From contig DXDI01000054.1 in assembly GCA_019115585.1 (NCBI GenBank), positions 1-36,897 on the forward strand: a stretch of DNA of 36,897 bases, in the 5' to 3' direction. Origin of the DNA: Candidatus Paraprevotella stercorigallinarum (GTDB taxonomy: Bacteria > Bacteroidota > Bacteroidia > Bacteroidales > Bacteroidaceae). The notes under the pieces are model-generated. The model was not told the origin of the DNA. It was given only the letters and a program-made list of their open reading frames with translations, and did not search any database. Of this stretch, positions 30,362-36,897 are shown in pieces. How positions within the stretch are numbered: the first letter of the stretch is position 1; every line of letters begins with the position of its first letter. The position numbers and the translations under genes are program-made.

Positions 30362-31141
30362 ATGGGAAAAGGAAAGTTAGCGAAGTTTGCCGATATGGCC
30401 AGTTATCCTCATGTGTTTGAATATCCGTTTTCGGTAGCGGAACAGGTGCCGTTCGAGATGCAAGGTCGCTGGCATGCCGATTTTTTTAAAAATGATCATC
30501 CCATTGTGCTGGAGCTAGGATGTGGACGCGGTGAGTATACCGTCGGTTTGGCTCGTCTTTATCCGGACAAGAATTTTATTGGAGTGGACATCAAGGGTGC
30601 ACGGATGTGGACCGGTGCGACGCAGGCTCTTCACGAGGGACTGCCCAATGTGGCATTTCTCAGAACCAATATAGAGATTATCGAACGGTTTTTTGCGCCA
30701 GGTGAAGTCAGTGAGATCTGGCTGACTTTCAGTGATCCGCAGATGAAAAAGGCAACCAAGCGCTTGACTTCAACCTATTTTATGAATCGTTATCGTCAGT
30801 TTCTGATCAATGAAGGATTAGTCCATTTGAAGACAGATTCGAATTTCCTGTTTACCTATACGACTTATATGGTGGAACGGAATCATTTGCCGGTAGAGTT
30901 TTCCACAACGGATCTTTACCATAGCGTGCTTGCCGAACATCCGGATACGGAAGAATCCCGTATACTGGGCATACAGACCTATTATGAACAGCAATGGATT
31001 GACCGGGGCCTGAATATCAAGTACCTTCGTTTCAGACTACCACAGCAGGGCGTTTTGGAGGAACCGGATGTGGAGATCGAATTGGATGATTATCGCAGTT
31101 ACAATCGGAGTAAGCGTAGCGGACTGGCTACAAGTAAATAA
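30362..31141 (+). CDS. trmB: tRNA (guanine-N7)-methyltransferase
   Basis: [28 protein letters not shown]. Confidence 0.95.
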   Translation: MGKGKLAKFADMASYPHVFEYPFSVAEQVPFEMQGRWHADFFKNDHPIVLELGCGRGEYTVGLARLYPDKNFIGVDIKGARMWTGATQALHEGLPNVAFLRTNIEIIERFFAPGEVSEIWLTFSDPQMKKATKRLTSTYFMNRYRQFLINEGLVHLKTDSNFLFTYTTYMVERNHLPVEFSTTDLYHSVLAEHPDTEESRILGIQTYYEQQWIDRGLNIKYLRFRLPQQGVLEEPDVEIELDDYRSYNRSKRSGLATSK

Positions 31142-31171
31142 TAAGTAAAAAAACAATAAAAACAACAGAAG

Positions 31172-32272
31172 ATGACATTATATCCCAAAATGATTATGGA
31201 CGCGCTGGCTACAGTGCGTTATCCCGGTACCGGAAAAAACATCGTAGAGGCCGGTATGGTAGAAGATGATCTGCGTATAAGTGGTTTGCATGTCAGTTTT
31301 TCTTTGATATTCGACAAGCCTACAGATCCATTTCTGAAATCCATTATAAAGGCTTCTGAAGCTGCTATCCATGCTTATGTCGGCAAGGAAGTGGAAGTGG
31401 AAATCAAGACGAAGACCCTTCAGGCTCCCCGGCCGGAAGTAGGAAAGTTGCTTCCGGGAGTGAAGAATATTATTGCCGTATCATCCGGTAAGGGAGGTGT
31501 TGGTAAATCTACGATTGCGGCCAATCTGGCTGTAGCCTTGGCCAAACTGGGTTACAAGGTCGGTTTGCTTGATACGGACATTTTCGGACCGAGTATGCCG
31601 AAAATGTTCCGGGTAGAGGATGCACATCCTTACGCAGAGCGGATAGAAGGCCGTGATCTGATAGTGCCTATCGAGAGCTATGGCATCAAAATGCTTTCAA
31701 TAGGTTTCTTTGTCAATCCGGATCAGGCTACGTTATGGCGTGGAGCTATGGCCTGCAATGCCCTGAAACAGTTGATTGGAGATGCCTATTGGGGAGATCT
31801 GGATTATTTTATCCTGGATACCCCTCCGGGAACAAGCGATATTCATCTTACCCTTGTGCAGACATTGCCGATTACTGGGGCGGTGATAGTAAGTACGCCT
31901 CAGAAAGTGGCTTTGGCCGATGCCCGTAAGGGAATCAACATGTATCAGAATGAGAAAGTCAATGTGCCTATACTTGGTCTGGTAGAGAATATGGCATGGT
32001 TTACTCCGGCCGAATTGCCGGATCATAAGTATTATCTGTTTGGCAAGGAAGGTGTGAAGCATCTTTCAGAGGAAATGCATGTGCCTTTGTTGGGACAGAT
32101 TCCTATTGTGCAGAGTATTTGTGAAAATGGTGACAAGGGAACTCCTGAAGCTTTGAACGATGACAGTCTGATGGGACGTGCCTTTATGGATTTTGCCCGT
32201 CGTGTGGTAGAGGAAACAGACCGTCGGAATGCAGAACAGGCTCCAACTCATATTGTCGAAGTGAAAAAATAA
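31172..32272 (+). CDS. apbC: Mrp/NBP35-family Fe-S cluster carrier ATPase
   Basis: SGKGGVGKST, DTDIFGPS, WRG, DTPPGTSD, ENMA. Confidence 0.93.
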   Translation: MTLYPKMIMDALATVRYPGTGKNIVEAGMVEDDLRISGLHVSFSLIFDKPTDPFLKSIIKASEAAIHAYVGKEVEVEIKTKTLQAPRPEVGKLLPGVKNIIAVSSGKGGVGKSTIAANLAVALAKLGYKVGLLDTDIFGPSMPKMFRVEDAHPYAERIEGRDLIVPIESYGIKMLSIGFFVNPDQATLWRGAMACNALKQLIGDAYWGDLDYFILDTPPGTSDIHLTLVQTLPITGAVIVSTPQKVALADARKGINMYQNEKVNVPILGLVENMAWFTPAELPDHKYYLFGKEGVKHLSEEMHVPLLGQIPIVQSICENGDKGTPEALNDDSLMGRAFMDFARRVVEETDRRNAEQAPTHIVEVKK

Positions 32273-32337
32273 TAATCAGGTTTATATCCAGTCCGATTGG
32301 ATGTAAAGCTGTAAAGGACTGAAACGATAACTCATTT

Positions 32338-32385
32338 CCGGATCTGTATGAAGCCTCAGGCGCATTCATACCGGTCCGGTTTTTT
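32338..32385 (+). terminator. Intrinsic terminator after apbC
   Basis: Imperfect stem CCGGATC-TGTATGAA...TTCATAC-CGGTCCGG followed by TTTTTT. Confidence 0.7.
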
Positions 32386-32462
32386 AGAATCAGGAAAAAG
32401 GTCGGTAAGGATTATTGTGGGATACTGACGCGGGGTAAATGATAAGGTAGAAAGGACTAATA

Positions 32463-33851
32463 ATGGCAAAAGAAGAGAATGCACGACAGATTGTCGGTAA
32501 TATGGATTGGGACGGACTGCACGGCCGTCAGCTTTACTATGCTGTGACAGCCATATTTTCGGGCTTGTTTTTGTCCGTCATTGACGGTACGATCTGTAAT
32601 GTGGCTCTGCCGAGCATAGCCAAGGAACTGGCAGTGTCTTCTTCGGATTCCGTATGGATCGTGAATGCATTTCAGTTGGTGATAGTGATGGTCTTGTTGC
32701 CATTTTCTTCCTTAGGCGAACTCTATGGATTCAAGAAGATATACCTGTCCGGGCTTGTTTTCTTTACTTTCGGGTCATTCTGTTGTGCCATGTCGTGGTC
32801 ACTGCCTACGCTGGTCGTTTCCCGTATGTTTCAAGGGGTGGGGGCTGCGATGGTGATGAGTGTGAACGGGTCACTGGTACGACTGATTTACCCCCGGCGC
32901 CATCTGACAAAAGGTTTCGGGCTTAACGCTACAGTGGTGGCGTTGGCATCCGTAGCAGGTCCTACGCTTTCTGCTGCTATATTGTCGGTAGCTTCCTGGC
33001 CGTGGCTTTTTGCAATTAACCTGCCGGTTGGTGTGTTGACCTTTCTTTTAGCCCGCAAATATTTGCCTGACAATGCCGTCAAAATTGTCGGAAACCGTTT
33101 CGACTGGCGTTCGGCATGTCTTAATGCCGCCACGTTCGGTCTGTTGATCGGGTGTGTTGAGGCTTTTTCTCATGGAATCCGTCCTTTGTGGATTGGTCTG
33201 TTGTTCGTGCTGTTGGTTATAGCCGGAACGTGGTATGTCAGATCGCAGTTGAAGCAGACTTATCCGATGTTGCCGTTTGATTTGTTGCGCATACCGGTCT
33301 TTTCTTTGTCTGTAGCGACAAGCATTGTTTCATTTATGGCTCAGATGCTGGCCATGATTGCCTTGCCGTTCATGTTCCATGTCACGTTTGGTATGAATGC
33401 CGTGGAAACCGGATTGTTGATGACGGCGTGGCCGTTGGTGATTGTTTTTGTCAGCCCGGTTGCCGGTATTCTGGCAGCCAGAATACATCCTGGAATTTTA
33501 GGAGGTGTGGGCTTGTTCATTATGAGTATAGGCTGTTTTTCATTGTCTTGGATTCCTCTTGATGCCACGTATTTCCAAATAGTATGGAGGTTAATGCTTT
33601 GCGGATTGGGATTCGGACTGTTTCAGTCGCCCAACAATCATTTGATTTTGACTTCTGCGCCGGCTTATCGTAGTGGCGGAGCCAGTGGCATGCAGGCTAT
33701 GGCCCGGTTGATAGGTCAGACTTCAGGAGCGGCATTGGTGGCTCTGCTGTTTCATTTCGGAGGAGACGGAGCTTCTCATGAAGCGATGCTGCTGGCTGCC
33801 ATCATGACACTGTGCGGAAGTATGGTGTCGTGTTTGCGTTCAAGGGTTTAA
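32463..33851 (+). CDS. MFS transporter, DHA2 (EmrB/QacA-like) family
   Basis: DGTICNVALP, WIVNAF, SRMFQGVG, GPTL, WPWLFAINLPVG, FQSPNN. Confidence 0.9.
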   Translation: MAKEENARQIVGNMDWDGLHGRQLYYAVTAIFSGLFLSVIDGTICNVALPSIAKELAVSSSDSVWIVNAFQLVIVMVLLPFSSLGELYGFKKIYLSGLVFFTFGSFCCAMSWSLPTLVVSRMFQGVGAAMVMSVNGSLVRLIYPRRHLTKGFGLNATVVALASVAGPTLSAAILSVASWPWLFAINLPVGVLTFLLARKYLPDNAVKIVGNRFDWRSACLNAATFGLLIGCVEAFSHGIRPLWIGLLFVLLVIAGTWYVRSQLKQTYPMLPFDLLRIPVFSLSVATSIVSFMAQMLAMIALPFMFHVTFGMNAVETGLLMTAWPLVIVFVSPVAGILAARIHPGILGGVGLFIMSIGCFSLSWIPLDATYFQIVWRLMLCGLGFGLFQSPNNHLILTSAPAYRSGGASGMQAMARLIGQTSGAALVALLFHFGGDGASHEAMLLAAIMTLCGSMVSCLRSRV

Positions 33852-33936
33852 CCTTATTCTTCAGTATCTGTGTGAGTGGCAACAATCAGTTGACAGTTTT
33901 CCGGATTAGGGATTTATATGATAAAAAAGTGTATTT

Positions 33937-34950
33937 TTATTGCTTCTTGAAGTCCTTGATGATGCCCTGACAAATCCATTCAGCAAGAGCCTGACGGTTG
34001 CTTTCCAGAATCAGCCGTTTGCGGTCCTTTTCATTTTGCAGGTTGCCGAGTTCCAGAAATACACCCGGAGGATTGGAATTCTTGAGTACATACAGATTGC
34101 GTGCACTTACTGTGCCGCTGAATCCCCGATTGGGCTGATGCTTGTCATATTTGTGTTCAAATGTCTGGTGTATGTTTTCTGCCAGTCGTCTGCCATATTT
34201 GCTTCCTTCATGATGATAGAAGAAGACGTCTACCTGATCCGAGCGTCCGCGACTGTCTACGTGGATAAATATGGCCCGTTTATAACGTGATTTGTCTTTA
34301 TAGGTCAAATTATTGATTTTCCTGCATCTTTGTTGAAGTCGGGCAACCTGATCCAAAGGTATGGGATCACCCATACAGGTTTCTCGCTTGCTGTTGTCAA
34401 GATATCTGTCGTTGCGGATGCCGTCCTTGGCGTCTTGTATGATGAAATGTACCTTGGCACCATGCGACAAAAGACAGCGTCCCAGGCGGAGGATAATGTC
34501 ATAAGCATATTCATCTTCGTGTAATTCGCGTTTGCCAACCTTGCTGATTGCACCGGGATCCGGTCCGCCGTGTCCGCTGACCAGATAGAAGCATGCCCCT
34601 TCCAGTTTGCGGGAAGTGATCCTGACGTTTTCATATCTGGAACCCAACAGAGGTTCGTTTACGGTAGACGATTTTTTCTTGTTACTGGAAGTCCTGTCAT
34701 TGCTACTCCGGCTTGCTCCCTCAGGCAGCAAATAAGTTTTGCCGAGGATCAGACCGCCGTCCTTGGTGAATTTGTTTTTGTTTAGGCGAATAAATTCCTT
34801 GCGTAGTTTGGGAGTATTGCAATGGTATCTTTGCAGAAAAGTGGTGATGCCATCCCCGTCTTTGGGCTTGGCCCGTTCCTGTGCCTGCAGCGTGATTTGG
34901 CTACAGCACAATAACACTATAATGGTAAGTAAGATTTTCCAGATTCTCAT
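33937..34950 (-). CDS. N-acetylmuramoyl-L-alanine amidase (Amidase_3), exported, with a LysM-like N-terminal segment
   Basis: Signal LQA|Q; Zn-ligand motifs SGHGG, HEDE, IHVD and catalytic FLELG. Confidence 0.9.
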   Translation of the reverse strand: MRIWKILLTIIVLLCCSQITLQAQERAKPKDGDGITTFLQRYHCNTPKLRKEFIRLNKNKFTKDGGLILGKTYLLPEGASRSSNDRTSSNKKKSSTVNEPLLGSRYENVRITSRKLEGACFYLVSGHGGPDPGAISKVGKRELHEDEYAYDIILRLGRCLLSHGAKVHFIIQDAKDGIRNDRYLDNSKRETCMGDPIPLDQVARLQQRCRKINNLTYKDKSRYKRAIFIHVDSRGRSDQVDVFFYHHEGSKYGRRLAENIHQTFEHKYDKHQPNRGFSGTVSARNLYVLKNSNPPGVFLELGNLQNEKDRKRLILESNRQALAEWICQGIIKDFKKQ

Positions 34951-34955
34951 ACTTG

Positions 34956-34963
34956 CAAATATA
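34956..34963 (-). promoter_or_regulatory. -7 box TATATTTG only 5 nt before the amidase ATG
   Basis: Minus strand reads TATATTTG-CAAGT-ATG. Confidence 0.6.
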
Positions 34964-35120
34964 CTAAAAAAAAGTGTCTGAAAGGTATAAATTACACTTT
35001 TTTATATGGAATCGTTTTTTTGTTTGGCCTTGTTTTTCAACTTGATAGTCCGATTGCTTGATGAAAGATAAACGTGTGTGATGCTAACAAAAGAGGGAAT
35101 GTCAGAGTGAGTGTAAAAAG

Positions 35121-35157
35121 AAAATCCCCAGTCTGTTTTTATTCAGAAGGGGATTTT
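35121..35157 (-). terminator. Intrinsic terminator after kduI
   Basis: AAAATCCCC / GGGGATTTT arms with inner TCTG/CAGA pairing; T-rich tail on minus. Confidence 0.75.
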
Positions 35158-35186
35158 TCCTTGAAAAAAAATTATAAAGATAAAGT

Positions 35187-36128
35187 TTATTTCATGTCCA
35201 GATATTCAATCTTGTCCATATCGCCATAATCGAGGTTTTCACCGGCCATACCCCAGATGAACATGTAGTTGCTGGTTCCGGCTGCTGCATGAATAGACCA
35301 TTCTGGTGACATGATGGCCTGTTCGTTATGCAACCATACGAGGCGTTCTTCCTGAGGCTCACCCATCAGATGGCAGATAGCATTACCTTCCGGTACGTTG
35401 AAATAGAAATAAGCTTCGATACGACGGCTGTGTGTATGAGCCGGCATGGTGTTCCATACGCTACCGGGTTTCAGCTCTGTCAATCCCATTTGCAATTGGC
35501 AGGTACCGCCATTCTTGGCTTTTTCGAGTACAGGCTTGATCATCAGCTGATTGATGACGCGGTCGTTGCTTTCTTCCATTTTTCCGGCTTTCAGCTGGTT
35601 GGCCTGAGTTGCTTTCTTGTTGTCTGGATTGCAGCTCAGCAACTGAGTAGCGTAGCTGCGGTGAGCGGTAGCCGAGTTAATATAGAACTTGGCCGGTTTT
35701 GAAGCATCGGTACTTTTGAAAGTAACGTCCTTGTTTCCGCTGCCGACATAGAGTGCATCCTTGAATCCCAGTTTATATTCTTTGCCGTCTACTGTTACAA
35801 TACCTTCTCCACCGATATTGATGACACCCAATTCGCGGGCAAAGAGGAAATAAGGCGCTTTAAGCGGATCAATGGTTTCCAGCTTCAGGGTCTTGTTTAC
35901 TGGCATGGCTCCACCGAAGATAAAGCGGTCATACATGGAGTAAGTTACGTTGATTTCATCGGCTACCATAACTTTTTCCATCACGAATGCCTCACGCAGA
36001 CGTTGAGTATCGTACGTTTTGACGTCAAGTGGATTGCAGGCTAATTGCATCTTGTAATTGACCTGAGAATAACCCGTCAAGGCTGCAAATCCCAGACACA
36101 TGGCTAAAACAATTCTTTTCATAAACAT
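35187..36128 (-). CDS. kduI: 5-dehydro-4-deoxy-D-glucuronate isomerase with a predicted Sec signal peptide
   Basis: [63 protein letters not shown]; start ATG 36128 or 36122. Confidence 0.95.
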   Translation of the reverse strand: MFMKRIVLAMCLGFAALTGYSQVNYKMQLACNPLDVKTYDTQRLREAFVMEKVMVADEINVTYSMYDRFIFGGAMPVNKTLKLETIDPLKAPYFLFARELGVINIGGEGIVTVDGKEYKLGFKDALYVGSGNKDVTFKSTDASKPAKFYINSATAHRSYATQLLSCNPDNKKATQANQLKAGKMEESNDRVINQLMIKPVLEKAKNGGTCQLQMGLTELKPGSVWNTMPAHTHSRRIEAYFYFNVPEGNAICHLMGEPQEERLVWLHNEQAIMSPEWSIHAAAGTSNYMFIWGMAGENLDYGDMDKIEYLDMK

Positions 36129-36186
36129 AAGTAATTTTAATATAATGATAGGATAATGTTGTTCGTTTTATGTATGTTACGACATT

Positions 36187-36897
36187 TTACCATTTATGTT
36201 TTTTGATGGCATTACGGTTCCATAACATCAGTCCAAGAGTACATACGATCAGTACCAACGGACCGACAATGCGTATGCTGCGGGTGAGATGGAAGATAAC
36301 CCATGCCAGCGGACTTGATGCAAAGTCGAGTGCACCACCTTCGAAGCCTTCAGGAATCTGCACTGCAGTATCCCTGGTGATGGCAAATACGTCTTTTGCT
36401 GCACTTGTGAAATAAGGTGCCAGATTGGTAACAAAGTAAAGTCCGATTACCATCATGACCAGACCGATGATGAATGTTTTCAGAACGTTTCCTTTTGTGA
36501 TGGGAAGTATCAGTGGGAATACGTAGAACATACCGGCCAATGAAGCCAATGGTAAGAACTGGTTACCAGGAAGAACTACTGCCAAAAACAAGGTGACCGG
36601 GATCAGAAGCAATGAAACAACCAAAGTTGCCGGATGGCCGATGACCAATGCAGGACTCATACCAATATGCAGACCGGCATTTTCTCCAAATTTTTTGGCA
36701 ATGATCTGACGGGTTGCATCAGAAATCGGACGCAATCCTTCAATGAACAGACTGGTAATACGTGGGATAAGTTCCATGACAGCTCCCATCTTGATACCTA
36801 ATCCCAATATGCCGGGAATGCCGTCCACCAGTTCCTGGCTGTTCTTGCAGGCTAATGCGCCGATACCGCAACCAACCAGTACACCGAGGAACAGAGG
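36187..36897 (-). CDS. GatC-like (PTS galactitol family EIIC) membrane permease; 5'-partial, start lies beyond the window
   Basis: Frame stays open from 36897 (PLFLGVLVGCGIGALA...); AVMELIPRITSLFIEGLRPIS, HIGMSPALVIG, LAVVLPGNQFLPLASLA match the EIIC-GAT pattern. Confidence 0.85.
   Translation of the reverse strand, partial: PLFLGVLVGCGIGALACKNSQELVDGIPGILGLGIKMGAVMELIPRITSLFIEGLRPISDATRQIIAKKFGENAGLHIGMSPALVIGHPATLVVSLLLIPVTLFLAVVLPGNQFLPLASLAGMFYVFPLILPITKGNVLKTFIIGLVMMVIGLYFVTNLAPYFTSAAKDVFAITRDTAVQIPEGFEGGALDFASSPLAWVIFHLTRSIRIVGPLVLIVCTLGLMLWNRNAIKKHKW

Noticed and set aside
25658-32272. mnmA, xseAB, ilvE, trmB and apbC as a possible dedicated tRNA or defence system
   Set aside because: All are intact housekeeping genes in at least three transcription units with their own promoter boxes; nothing unusual in domain content.

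Overview
Mostly core-genome window from a Bacteroidales bacterium, judged from Bacteroidetes-type TAnnTTTG promoter boxes, signal peptides cleaved before Gln, and gene content. Left to right: a partial TonB_C-domain gene on the minus strand that the ORF track missed, divergent from an exported TlpA-like protein lacking CxxC; topB; methylmalonyl-CoA mutase (large and small subunits) divergent from an AspT/YidE-family transporter; a MATE / cytidylate-kinase-like / YfcE operon; a Na+-pumping methylmalonyl-CoA decarboxylase operon (mmdA, oadG-like, mmdC, oadB); a Nudix hydrolase; a GH95-GH43-GH43 cluster with no SusC/SusD; mnmA-xseA-xseB, ilvE-DUF975 and trmB-apbC; an MFS exporter; an Amidase_3; and kduI downstream of a partial GatC-like EIIC permease. 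I saw no rRNA, tRNA, CRISPR array, transposase or phage gene. Best leads: (1) a perfect 17-bp inverted repeat in register on the start codons of the first two divergent genes, a candidate promoter-swapping inverton; (2) an 83-bp structured element upstream of topB bounded by a duplicated promoter -7 box; (3) a KduI with a signal peptide next to an apparently orphan EIIC permease, suggesting periplasmic uronate isomerisation and PTS-independent uptake. All calls come from reading the sequence by eye; no searches were run.
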